This document shows positions 10,905 through 20,793 of a stretch of DNA of 64,000 nt, in pieces. The DNA is from a virus. The DNA is taken from positions 10,398 through 74,397 of IMG/VR virus record IMGVR_UViG_3300021197_001350; one strand, written 5' to 3'. The stretch's first letter is position 1; each line of letters begins with the position of its first letter. Below the pieces are notes generated by a model that was not told where the DNA came from, ran no database searches, and was given only the letters and a program-made list of their open reading frames with translations. The position numbers and the translations under genes were made by a program.

Positions 10905-13679
10905 CTATTGTTCCCAATCCATATCAAAACCATCATCAAAATCTCCAAGCCCTAGGTCTAGGTCACCGCCACCTAAGTCAAATGCATTTTGACCCCCGAG
11001 CTGTCCGTTAGCTGCGGTATACTCATCGTGTGTATATGCCTCACCAGTTAGCGGATTCAATCCATACCCTAAATCCTCTTCGGTTCCCCCGAATGATCCG
11101 TCACCCTGACCTTGGTTTTGTATATTCCCTGCAGCAGTGCCAGCTCCACCTGAGTTATTAAATGCATTTACTGCACCACCACCCGCAATCTCCACAGGAG
11201 TTAGCCCTAGGTTCTGAGACTCACTTAAGAAATTTGATGACTGCTCACCTAGATCTCCTAGTCCCCCAAGCTCAAGATCTAAACCTCCGAAGTCTAATCC
11301 TAATTCCTCATCAGACATTTGAAAGTCACCAGTGCTAGCCTCATATAAGGCAAGCTCTTCTTCGGGTATAGCAACACCAAGCTCATCCATTTCCTCTTTA
11401 GTATATACCTGTATTTTGCCCTCGGCATCAGTGACCTCAAAGTATCCCGCGTCTGCGTTCCACCTTACGCTCCCCGAAAAATCGTTCCCGTCCCCTGTTA
11501 TCGGCAAATAAGGATAGTCTTCGCCTTGTAAAGAGCCTGTGGTCGCGCCAGTATTCTGATCTCCTGGAACCCCATTCTGTCCTGCGTATAAGTCTTCAAC
11601 AAAATCATCCACTTCCCTCTCGACCTTATCCTCTTCACTCTCAAAGAATCCCTCCTCATTAATACCCTTTATGGAAAAGGAATCAATAACCCCGTCTCCA
11701 TCGGTATCTACCCCTTCGGTTCCAGGCACTGTCTCACTTAAAGGATTACCATCGTCATCGAAAAACCCTGTATCAGATCCATCAAGATACTCCCTACCCC
11801 CATTTACTGGGTTTATCTGGTAATACTTGCCTGAGTCTGGCTCATAAAATAATGTATCCTGCTCGTTGATAACTCCATCACCATTCATGTCAGTGCGGTC
11901 ATCAACCCCATTCCCGTCATCGTCAAGTATAGCACCTGGGGGGAGGCTGGGATTCATAACAACTCCACCACCGTCACCAGTTGTATTAGAGTCATCATCT
12001 GTTGTGGTTTCCGTACTGCCACCCACTACAATGGTTTCTCCATTTGAACCTACTAGATTACCGTTATCACCCGTCTTATATGTGACAGTTTCCTCATCAT
12101 CCCCACCGAATAAAGAACCTATACCACTAGCAATGCCAGCGAATCCACTCTTAATACCCGCAAGCATACTTTCAATGAGTCCATCCTTTTCCGCACCTTC
12201 ACTCTTAGTGATGCGATCTAGTAAATTACTCAACCAATCAAACTCAGGAGCGTGCATTTGCTCAGCAATGTCAGGGTCTCCAAAGTTTGCTGGGCCTACT
12301 CTATACTCAGCAAGCATATCCTGCTCAGTTTCAACACCACTTGCCAAAGCCTTATCCCTCTCTGCTATACGATCCATCTCGTACAACTCTTGCTGGTAAC
12401 CCTCAAACTTAAGCTTATCCCTTATGTTGGTTATGTAATCTTTATTCTTTATTAAATTCCCAGCCGCTGTTGCATCAGCAGCACCCTCTCTTTGGGCTTG
12501 CTCCATTCCTGATTTACGCAACCGCTCCTCTCCACGCACATTCGCGTCACCCTGCATCTGAGATGATTTAACGGCAGCTTCACCCTCAAGCCTAGCTCTT
12601 CTTACATGAGCATCTCCGAGTATCTTTGCGTTCTCTATGTTTATGTCAGACAACTGCTTAGCAAGCACAGTATTGTTGGCGAGAAACTCTCTGGCTAGAT
12701 CTCTAGTGTGGCGAGATGAAAGCCCTTGGAATCCACCCTTATAACGCTCAGCTTGAAGGTCGTTGTATATATCCAACCTTGCTTCTTTTGCTGAAGCGGA
12801 GAGTAGGTCATACTTGTCCTCATTTGCGGCCACAACCGCCATTGCTCTGTAATACTCCTGGTCAGATACAGACTCAGCTTGATCGTTGAGGGCATCACCT
12901 ACATCAACAGCCCTGCGGAAGTCAGCTTTATTAATCTCTCCAGTTCCTATAGAGTCGGCGAGATTGATTGCATCCGCAGTATCACCGAGTATAGCATTTA
13001 AGCTATTAATCAATTCAGTCCGTGCCTTTGATAGGGACTCAACCTTTACCCCATCCTCTTCTATGTCTTCATCAATTAAGGCTGATGTTATAAATGTACT
13101 TGTTCTCTCAGATTGAAGATCCGCAAACTTAGCTATCGCATCAAGGAGTGCTTTCCTTTCCTCTGGTGTCTCTAGTTGTTGTACGACTTTCCTTATTTGA
13201 TTCTGATTGGCAAGTACTACATCCTCAACCTCTCTGCTATATAATCCCTCACCTCCGTAAGTTTCAAAACTTGTTGTACCACCTATCTCCTCAACGCGAG
13301 CCTGTGCTTCAGCTTGAGTGGCGAAGCTTTCATTAACTGTGCCATCACCATTTTTATCTACGCCAAATGTTCCATCACCATTTGCTATTACAACTGCGGG
13401 ATTATAAAAGTATCCACTTCGGTCACCTTCAGGATCGCTAGTATCGTAACCCCTAGTTTTCTTGACCCATTTTTCTTTTAAGTCATTACCTTCTTTTGCT
13501 ATTTTTTGAGCGTGTGCATTCCAATCTTCTATTGCCTTCTTACCCTGCTCGGACTTCCACCAGTCCATACCCATGCCCATAGCCTCACTACCAACAACTG
13601 ACTCCATGAAGTCCATAACGGACTTACCGCTATCAATTAGGATGTCGCCGATACCTTTTACTTTTTCTTTAGTTGCCAT
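10905..13679 (-). CDS. Probable internal virion protein, acidic, with DxDxDG calcium-binding-like motifs
   Basis: 924 aa; DKNGDG, DDDGNGVDD, DMNGDGVIN, DTDGDGVID; Gly-rich hydrophobic stretch AGIKSGFAGIASGIGSLFGG. Confidence 0.55.
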   Translation of the reverse strand: MATKEKVKGIGDILIDSGKSVMDFMESVVGSEAMGMGMDWWKSEQGKKAIEDWNAHAQKIAKEGNDLKEKWVKKTRGYDTSDPEGDRSGYFYNPAVVIANGDGTFGVDKNGDGTVNESFATQAEAQARVEEIGGTTSFETYGGEGLYSREVEDVVLANQNQIRKVVQQLETPEERKALLDAIAKFADLQSERTSTFITSALIDEDIEEDGVKVESLSKARTELINSLNAILGDTADAINLADSIGTGEINKADFRRAVDVGDALNDQAESVSDQEYYRAMAVVAANEDKYDLLSASAKEARLDIYNDLQAERYKGGFQGLSSRHTRDLAREFLANNTVLAKQLSDINIENAKILGDAHVRRARLEGEAAVKSSQMQGDANVRGEERLRKSGMEQAQREGAADATAAGNLIKNKDYITNIRDKLKFEGYQQELYEMDRIAERDKALASGVETEQDMLAEYRVGPANFGDPDIAEQMHAPEFDWLSNLLDRITKSEGAEKDGLIESMLAGIKSGFAGIASGIGSLFGGDDEETVTYKTGDNGNLVGSNGETIVVGGSTETTTDDDSNTTGDGGGVVMNPSLPPGAILDDDGNGVDDRTDMNGDGVINEQDTLFYEPDSGKYYQINPVNGGREYLDGSDTGFFDDDGNPLSETVPGTEGVDTDGDGVIDSFSIKGINEEGFFESEEDKVEREVDDFVEDLYAGQNGVPGDQNTGATTGSLQGEDYPYLPITGDGNDFSGSVRWNADAGYFEVTDAEGKIQVYTKEEMDELGVAIPEEELALYEASTGDFQMSDEELGLDFGGLDLELGGLGDLGEQSSNFLSESQNLGLTPVEIAGGGAVNAFNNSGGAGTAAGNIQNQGQGDGSFGGTEEDLGYGLNPLTGEAYTHDEYTAANGQLGGQNAFDLGGGDLDLGLGDFDDGFDMDWEQ

Positions 13680-13683
13680 AGAT

Positions 13684-15195
13684 CTACTCTCCTGCGTTAT
13701 ACTTCACATGAATGAAGTCTAGTATCTCAGGGAATGTAAATCCTTTCTCCCTGGCTTCCTCGACCGCAGAAACAAGTTCGGGCGTTCTATTGAAATCACG
13801 CATAGCTCTTTTCTTATCCCGATCTTGCTCCTCTTGAATTTCCTTCTCTCTGTCAACCGCCCCCGCCTTATCTTCGCTCTTAAGCCTTTCGAGCAACGCC
13901 TCAAACTCTGGGCCTCCGCAAGCTTGCAGTTTAGCAGGATCTGTTGCCTCAAATGCGTCACCCCATCCCATAACATCTATATCTGAAGCAGCACCATCTA
14001 CACAGACAGTTAAGGTTTCCTTTTGTAAACCTAACAGCCAGTTATTAATGGTTTCAATCTCTGCTTCGTTTTCACAGACTCTAGCAGCTAGCCCTTCCAA
14101 AGTTGCAATCAAGCCCATCACCTCTGCCCATAGTTCTCCTATTTGAGTCCAAACTGCAATAGCTTGCGCGCCAAACGCTGCCCAAAGATCTGCTATCTGA
14201 ATTGCGTTATTTCCTATTTGTTGTCCGAGTGCCGCTATTGCAGCAATAAGCCCATTAAATACCTTGTTCATCCATTTCTCTAGCTCCGCTAAAGCCAGCT
14301 TGACCGCCGCAGACAGCTTCTGCATTTGCTCACTAATCTTATTAACATGACCTATTATTTGGTTAAGCCTATTCTGGAGGGTAAGAATATCCTCAGTGTT
14401 GACCGCAACATCATCAGCCAAGTCACCTAAGTCATCAGCAATCTTTTGCACAGTTGCAGCGAGATTCTGTATAGCCTCAATAATCGGGGATAAATCTATA
14501 CCATCTCCGTCAGGATTAATCAGAGCATCTAGCAACTCAAGTATAGTTTGTATAGCTATATTTATAGCATCAAGCTGAGCTTGGAATCCCGATATCGCTA
14601 CATTAATCTGAAAGTCTACATATGTCTGTATCCTGCGAACCAGTTCTTCTATATCTATCTGCTCTACCACATTAATATTAGTAATGAACTGACTTAGATA
14701 CTCATTAAATATAGTATCTGGCGACTCGAAGTATTCATTAATAATAGTCCTGAAGTCAAAAAACTCCTGTATCTCTTCAGTCACAAATATTTCATTGAAG
14801 TATGTGTTAAAATTTTCAGTGAAGAATTGTTCTATAAATTCGTTCAGGAACTCAGTAAAGGTCGGGCCTCCAATTATTGTATTTGTTATAAAGTCACCCT
14901 CGTTAACAACCCACCTCTTTAAGTTCTCGGTGAAAAACTGATTATTGAAAAGATCATTAATTGTATTCTCATTCCACTGAACATTGGTTACTTCTGTCTG
15001 CAAGTATCTAGTGTTTGCGTCCACACCAAGTATAGCTCTACGCAAAAGCTCAAGATTGTCATCAGCTTGCGTATGATTTAGAGGCTCACCATTATACCTA
15101 CGCAATGTAATAAATTCGCTCTCCGTGTAGTCAGGCGCGTTCCCAGGGTTATTATTCCTTAACCTAATTATGTCTTCGTTAAATGGTAAGCTCAT
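13684..15195 (-). CDS. Fibre-like coiled-coil virion protein
   Basis: N-terminal ITLRRYNGEPLNHTQADDNL resembles a common tail-fibre anchor motif; long heptad region follows. Confidence 0.5.
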   Translation of the reverse strand: MSLPFNEDIIRLRNNNPGNAPDYTESEFITLRRYNGEPLNHTQADDNLELLRRAILGVDANTRYLQTEVTNVQWNENTINDLFNNQFFTENLKRWVVNEGDFITNTIIGGPTFTEFLNEFIEQFFTENFNTYFNEIFVTEEIQEFFDFRTIINEYFESPDTIFNEYLSQFITNINVVEQIDIEELVRRIQTYVDFQINVAISGFQAQLDAINIAIQTILELLDALINPDGDGIDLSPIIEAIQNLAATVQKIADDLGDLADDVAVNTEDILTLQNRLNQIIGHVNKISEQMQKLSAAVKLALAELEKWMNKVFNGLIAAIAALGQQIGNNAIQIADLWAAFGAQAIAVWTQIGELWAEVMGLIATLEGLAARVCENEAEIETINNWLLGLQKETLTVCVDGAASDIDVMGWGDAFEATDPAKLQACGGPEFEALLERLKSEDKAGAVDREKEIQEEQDRDKKRAMRDFNRTPELVSAVEEAREKGFTFPEILDFIHVKYNAGE

Positions 15196-15232
15196 GTGAT
15201 ATACTCCAATTAATTATATTTTACACTTAAGA

Positions 15233-15478
15233 TCAACTATCATTTTCCATTTGATCATTGATAAAGTCTATTTGCTCTTGCGTGAGTGGCGTTATTTGGG
15301 ACTCAAGAGAGAACTGTAGTACCCCCTTAACCCTTTCCCACCATGATGCCAAAGCACTGTTATACTCTTCAGCCCACTCAAATTCTTCTGGCGGAATTAC
15401 AGGAAGCTCCATAGATGTTGGCAGGTTAACAGTCTTAGCTACACCTTTCCTTATTGGTGTTCTGATTTTTCTACCCAC
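15233..15478 (-). CDS. Hypothetical virion-module protein
   Basis: 81 aa, overlaps the end of the upstream tail gene. Confidence 0.6.
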   Translation of the reverse strand: MGRKIRTPIRKGVAKTVNLPTSMELPVIPPEEFEWAEEYNSALASWWERVKGVLQFSLESQITPLTQEQIDFINDQMENDS

Positions 15479-18400
15479 CTGCGCCTCCCGCTACCACTCT
15501 TCCGCCACCGCCACCACCACCATAACCTTCTCCTGTGGCCTGAGTCTGGGATCTACTATTAACATCTGATACCTCAAACATTCTAGATGCCAATCGCAAT
15601 GGGTTATCTTTTCCTGTGACAGTTATCTTATCCTTATAAAATAAAGCTCTCGACCAAACAGGAACCATAGTCTCGTCATCAAGATCATCAATCGAGTGAT
15701 CCACCACAAGAACTTTTTCATCAAGCAGTGATCCCTGTGTAAATAATTGCATATTAGTGCCTATGGCGGGATCTGTCTGATCAAGTAATAGTACATAAGA
15801 TCTAATGTCTTTCTCATTAAATCTATCCTTAAAGTTCATTAATGTACTTGATAATACTGAAGTGTAATCTAACCCCACCCTATTGAAGACTGACGGTATA
15901 TCTCCGTATCCATAGCCATATGTATATACAACCCCATCGTAAGATATGATTGCCATATCGTCACTCCTCTCGGTGAATGGATTATGAGGGCGGCGGATAG
16001 TTAATCCCGCAGTGAAGTGCTGATCGATATGTGATAAAGTGTTAGTTCTGTAATCAAAGGCAAGCGTTGCTTCATCTTCGAGTTCCCTTGGCAAGCAGAA
16101 CCATATCTCGCCAGTAAGTGCATTATCATAAGAAAACACTGTCTCCTGATCATACAAACTTAAATCCTTCCAGAACTGCGGGCCGACCTGAAATGCTGAG
16201 ACCCAAGAAGGTTCAGCCTCCGTTAGGTCAACCTTGAAAACTCCAGTAAGTCCAACAAATATATGATACTTATCTACGATATTTGATACTGAATGCCTAA
16301 ATAGAGCAGCGCGATTTCCAGTATACCTCTCAGTGAAACTAAATGGATCTGAGCTAGACTGCGTTAGTTGCGCCATCCAATAACCTGTTTGCCTATAGAT
16401 GATTAGCACATCCATAAGTTTCTCCATTTTTAGTATCCTACTACCATCACCCAATATCTCAGTAGAGCTTCCTCCTACTGTATTTGAGAATGCAGTAGTA
16501 TTATGAACGAAGTCAGATACCACAATAGATTGTTCATCTCCAGCTGTGGCGGATACCTTACTTGCTTGTGCTGTAAAATCCTGACTGGCAGTCACGCCTA
16601 AAGTAGATGGTTGTGTTGCTACAGTAATTCCACCACCACCACCAAACAACCCATCACCATCAACAAGTATATTGCCATCAATTTCTATAGCTGAAATGCC
16701 AGAACCAAAACCATTATTCCTTAAGGTCTTTACCTTATCAAACTCACCACCAGATATTGTTACCGTCTCCCACCTGCTTGCCACACCAGAACTATTTGGC
16801 AATACAGCTCCCACCTGCGCGCCTTCCTTAAAAAACTTCACGCCCCCATGAGCATAACCACCTGATGGAACATAAACCTTAATTACTGATCCATCTATAG
16901 TAAAGGGGAATTGTATATCTAAGTCTACACCCGCACCACTAGAGGCTATTATGGTAGCAGTATTCCCATCAAATAAGTTTTTAATATCCCTAGCTGGATC
17001 CTTCCCCGTGGTCGTAACTACATCGGAGTATATGGTGTTAGCTCCACCCTCCAGTTCAGCATTAAGGCCATCGGGTGATATTGGGCCAGGCAACTCGGTA
17101 TACTCAGCGTCAATTGATGTTGGCGATGATGGGCCAGGCTGTCTTTGTGGTGCTGCAGGTATTGGGTCAAAATGATCAGTGGCATCGAGTGATGTGGAAG
17201 CCCTTGGCGTGTCCGTTACATCATCATGTGTAGACGCTTCACCTGATGCTGAATCCGCCAGCTCAAAGTAAAGTATATTACCATCACTACCTTCAACTAT
17301 ATTTGTTATCTTAGTGACAAGGTTAGCCCCTAGTGGGCCAGCGGCGGAAATAATAAAGTTCTGCCCTACATCAAAAGATTTAGACACATTAGGTAAAGCG
17401 GGTATCCACTTGTTACTGCCTGCACTAATAGAGCCATTGGCAGAGACACCCCATTCACGAGGATCTCCTGGTGCTGACCAGACTATAGCATACTGCGTTT
17501 CGTTAATAACCAGATCATACTCTTCGACAATCTCAGGGCTTATGTTGCAGTATGGATCTATATCATTTTCAGCACAAATAGTAGACCATCGCTCTAGCTC
17601 GCCGTCTGCAAACTCAGTTAAGTCTGCACACAATAAGTAGCCTCCATGCTCAGCGATACAACCTACCCGAACAATACCTAGCTCCCTTAGTGCATAAATT
17701 TGCTCAGACTTTTCCCACTCCTCCCTGTATATATAAGGCAAGTCTATTCCGTTATTACATATAGCGTAACCATTTAATGCTACAGCCTCCCATCTGTTAT
17801 TCTCAAATAGATTAACTTTTGCTATAGCACCAGTTCCATTACCCACAGTGTCTTCGATGGTTACCTCTGGAGGTCTAGTATAGTCCTTACCTTTGTCGGT
17901 TATGGTTATCTCACCAACCCTTCTTGGTTTAGCTACCCACTGAAACCTTTCGGTTTCATATACGGCCTTAGGAAAGCTTATAGCCATTCCGTAATCAAAA
18001 TTTACTGCGGTTGAGGAAATCTCACCATTCTCTATTAATGGAGTCCTGTACTCGCCAGCTCCGCGATACAAATTAAAAGATGAGCCACTCACATCTACTG
18101 AGTAGTTCCTTCTCCTCTTTCCAGTGTACGCTCCTGTTATACTTGGCGCGCCTTCTCCTTGAGGTGGCTCAATCTCTGCGCCTACTATATTAGCCGAAGC
18201 CTTACCTACTCCATCAATACTAACTACAGGCTGAGAATCTTCACTGAAATACTCACCCTCCGATAGTAGCTCTATAGATCGAATACTTCCTGGTACAGTT
18301 ACGCCTTCTTGTATTATCTTCCAATTAAAAGAAAAGGATCCACCCTGGTGGTATCCGTCATTCTTGTTCGCATCAGGGACAATCCAGTCTCCATCTAAAT

Positions 18401-18722
18401 AGTCAGCCAGATCATTGTTAGCAAACAGCCTATACAACTTGTCGCCAGCCGCAGCAAGCAGTGCGGTGTCTCCATTTGGTCTTGAGAACTGAAAGAATAG
18501 AGTTACATCATCATCCTCATATAGAGGCATATTTAGCGGGTTCTTATCAAACTTTGGATTAAATAAAGACCAACCCTCTCTTCGCATTTCTACATCAAGC
18601 TCCCTGCGAAAGTTCTTCTTGATACTGTAATTTGGTTCAGCTCCAGTATCTTCAGCTAGCCCACCAATAAGCTTACCACCCTGAGGTGGTCTCAACTCTA
18701 CACTTTTATATCTGGACGGCAT
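15471..18722 (-). CDS. Tail nozzle/stabilisation protein (tail tubular B / P22 gp10-like) with inserted domains
   Basis: 1083 aa, beta-rich; IVWSAPGDP, LIIYRQTGYW and EIWFCLP motifs typical of podovirus nozzle proteins; position in tail module. Confidence 0.6.
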   Translation of the reverse strand: MPSRYKSVELRPPQGGKLIGGLAEDTGAEPNYSIKKNFRRELDVEMRREGWSLFNPKFDKNPLNMPLYEDDDVTLFFQFSRPNGDTALLAAAGDKLYRLFANNDLADYLDGDWIVPDANKNDGYHQGGSFSFNWKIIQEGVTVPGSIRSIELLSEGEYFSEDSQPVVSIDGVGKASANIVGAEIEPPQGEGAPSITGAYTGKRRRNYSVDVSGSSFNLYRGAGEYRTPLIENGEISSTAVNFDYGMAISFPKAVYETERFQWVAKPRRVGEITITDKGKDYTRPPEVTIEDTVGNGTGAIAKVNLFENNRWEAVALNGYAICNNGIDLPYIYREEWEKSEQIYALRELGIVRVGCIAEHGGYLLCADLTEFADGELERWSTICAENDIDPYCNISPEIVEEYDLVINETQYAIVWSAPGDPREWGVSANGSISAGSNKWIPALPNVSKSFDVGQNFIISAAGPLGANLVTKITNIVEGSDGNILYFELADSASGEASTHDDVTDTPRASTSLDATDHFDPIPAAPQRQPGPSSPTSIDAEYTELPGPISPDGLNAELEGGANTIYSDVVTTTGKDPARDIKNLFDGNTATIIASSGAGVDLDIQFPFTIDGSVIKVYVPSGGYAHGGVKFFKEGAQVGAVLPNSSGVASRWETVTISGGEFDKVKTLRNNGFGSGISAIEIDGNILVDGDGLFGGGGGITVATQPSTLGVTASQDFTAQASKVSATAGDEQSIVVSDFVHNTTAFSNTVGGSSTEILGDGSRILKMEKLMDVLIIYRQTGYWMAQLTQSSSDPFSFTERYTGNRAALFRHSVSNIVDKYHIFVGLTGVFKVDLTEAEPSWVSAFQVGPQFWKDLSLYDQETVFSYDNALTGEIWFCLPRELEDEATLAFDYRTNTLSHIDQHFTAGLTIRRPHNPFTERSDDMAIISYDGVVYTYGYGYGDIPSVFNRVGLDYTSVLSSTLMNFKDRFNEKDIRSYVLLLDQTDPAIGTNMQLFTQGSLLDEKVLVVDHSIDDLDDETMVPVWSRALFYKDKITVTGKDNPLRLASRMFEVSDVNSRSQTQATGEGYGGGGGGGRVVAGGAGG

Positions 18723-18736
18723 GGCTCATCGAGCCA

Positions 18737-18907
18737 TCAGTAACTCATTCCGCGCTTAGCTTTAGTTTTAGCTTTAGGCTTCTTAGATACAACCTTACCG
18801 CCAAGCTTCTTAGCTAGCTTCTTAGCTTTTTCCTTACCAGCCTTAGTGTACGCTGTCTTGACGGTCTTACTCTTACCGCCCTTACCCTTGTATGTTACGC
18901 TTGGCAC
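18737..18907 (-). CDS. Small Lys-rich basic protein
   Basis: GTG at 18907 overlaps the upstream TAG; MPSVTYKGKGGKSKTVKTAYTKAGKEKAKK. Confidence 0.6.
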   Translation of the reverse strand: MPSVTYKGKGGKSKTVKTAYTKAGKEKAKKLAKKLGGKVVSKKPKAKTKAKRGMSY

Positions 18908-19188
18908 TACGGTGTGATGGTTACATTTACAACTCCAGGAGAGGTGCAAAAGGTTTCCCCTGCATCATTGAATGCCGACACTCTGTAAGTGTAGTCGCCT
19001 GCGTCAACGCCAGTATCAACAAACTGAGCATCCTGAATGCCCGTAGTTCCTGTACTGTCAACTCTGTGAGTGACCGCCACTAAAGTACTCTGAAATGTAT
19101 CCGTGTCTAAAGTTCCGTTCTGACGATATACTTTAAACCCAGTCTCATTGTCTGAGTTATCGTTCCATGTTAATTTTACATTAGCCAT
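18907..19188 (-). CDS. Single fibronectin type III domain protein (virion decoration)
   Basis: LTWNDNSDNETGFKVYR...FVDTGV...YTYRVSAFNDAG FN3 pattern. Confidence 0.85.
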   Translation of the reverse strand: MANVKLTWNDNSDNETGFKVYRQNGTLDTDTFQSTLVAVTHRVDSTGTTGIQDAQFVDTGVDAGDYTYRVSAFNDAGETFCTSPGVVNVTITP

Positions 19189-19233
19189 AATTTTAATTTA
19201 ATTGTTATACTTGTTGTGTCAAATTCAATCTGC

Positions 19234-20793
19234 TTAATATCGCTGAAGAGTCGGCCCCCGACCAATGTTCGTTAGCTTCACTTTATTCACAGTGGCTATA
19301 GCCCCAAAATCTATACCTGTTATCTTAATGCTATTAAGTGCATTTGGAGTTAAGGTTCCAACCTTACCTTCTGTTAATAAGTTTATCGGTATCTTGAAAG
19401 TACCTAAGTTTGAAGTCCAATACCATGTCTTGTTTTGCTGCGCTGCATAATCAGGAAGCCTTACTTGCCTTGAAATGTTTGGGCGGCCCGTAGATGTGTT
19501 AGTATAACCACCACCGCCTGGAGGAAAACACCCCAATGTTACTGGCCCCGCATTTGAAAGTAATATTGAGGATTTTTGTGGAGCTTTAATCCTTGTTGTA
19601 TTATTGTTTGTATAGAGCATCCCTGCGTCTTTCGCGCGAATCCCCTCAACACTTGCCGATGCAAATGTCTGGCTTCCACTAACGTTAGAGGCTGCATTGG
19701 TTTTTTTTGCCTGTCCTTTATATGTGTATGATATATTACACACACCCAGCCAAATCCTTCCGCCACTTATATTTGTTAAATTTGTTTTATTTAGAATCTT
19801 CCAAGTATCACCCAGTAATTCAAGGCATCGCTTTAGATCTATAAACATCAACTTATTAGAGGCACTGCCGTAGATTCCAGCCACAACCTCATTCCTCAAT
19901 CTCTTATCACTAATCAAGTTATTGATAGTCTGAACGTTCCCCATATTATTTATGGTAAAATTGATATCAAGGTTTTCATATGGATCCATTGATTTTACTG
20001 AGACTGATGGTGGCGACATCCATGTTAATTGTAACTTTTGCCCCCCTGTACCAATAGCATCAGCCAATACAGACTTATTGATAGTAAAATATTCTTTGCC
20101 GTTATGCCTACTTATTGTGTCCTTATACTGAGATAGAGCAGTAAGTCCAGGAACTTTATCCGTATCTAGCTTACCCAAACTAGACACCTCTTTCCATTTG
20201 TTTACCGCCACATCATTACTAAGATTTCCGCCCACCAACCTATATCCTAGTATAGTGCTTCCGTTCTTTGGGCTTGCTTGAGCAACGCCATCACCAAGTC
20301 GCTTCGCTGAGTCTTCAGATAAGGCATCAGCGTCAGCTTGCGATATTTTTGTTCCCGCGTTTGCCCGCCAAGCTGCCCATTCAAACTTACCTATATCATG
20401 GCTAATATAAAACTTACCAGTAGTCTCACCTAATATAATATCCTCATACGGATCCCATCCTAGTATTCTCTGTCCATGACCTGTCGCCATTTCTACATTT
20501 AAAATCTCTGAGCTTGCAGCCACCCTTGACGAAGGCTGGTCATCTACTGGATTCCTTAGCACTATAGGAGCTTCGTCCTCTACAACCCAAACAGTCTTAT
20601 CAAAAGTGTCATCTGCATTTGTTTTCCAATACTGTCCCGTTGGCCCAACAATCTCGCTACCATCACCCCTCTGCTCGTCCGTTCGCCTTTGCCATGTTAC
20701 CTGCTGATCGGAATCATTAATCCCTGACATCCTCCAAGGTATATTGATACCCTGCTTTTTTTCCTTGGATCTTATGTATAGCTTTTTCGTCAT
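19234..20793 (-). CDS. Putative tail/receptor-binding protein
   Basis: 519 aa, beta-rich, within tail module; no family recognised. Confidence 0.4.
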   Translation of the reverse strand: MTKKLYIRSKEKKQGINIPWRMSGINDSDQQVTWQRRTDEQRGDGSEIVGPTGQYWKTNADDTFDKTVWVVEDEAPIVLRNPVDDQPSSRVAASSEILNVEMATGHGQRILGWDPYEDIILGETTGKFYISHDIGKFEWAAWRANAGTKISQADADALSEDSAKRLGDGVAQASPKNGSTILGYRLVGGNLSNDVAVNKWKEVSSLGKLDTDKVPGLTALSQYKDTISRHNGKEYFTINKSVLADAIGTGGQKLQLTWMSPPSVSVKSMDPYENLDINFTINNMGNVQTINNLISDKRLRNEVVAGIYGSASNKLMFIDLKRCLELLGDTWKILNKTNLTNISGGRIWLGVCNISYTYKGQAKKTNAASNVSGSQTFASASVEGIRAKDAGMLYTNNNTTRIKAPQKSSILLSNAGPVTLGCFPPGGGGYTNTSTGRPNISRQVRLPDYAAQQNKTWYWTSNLGTFKIPINLLTEGKVGTLTPNALNSIKITGIDFGAIATVNKVKLTNIGRGPTLQRY

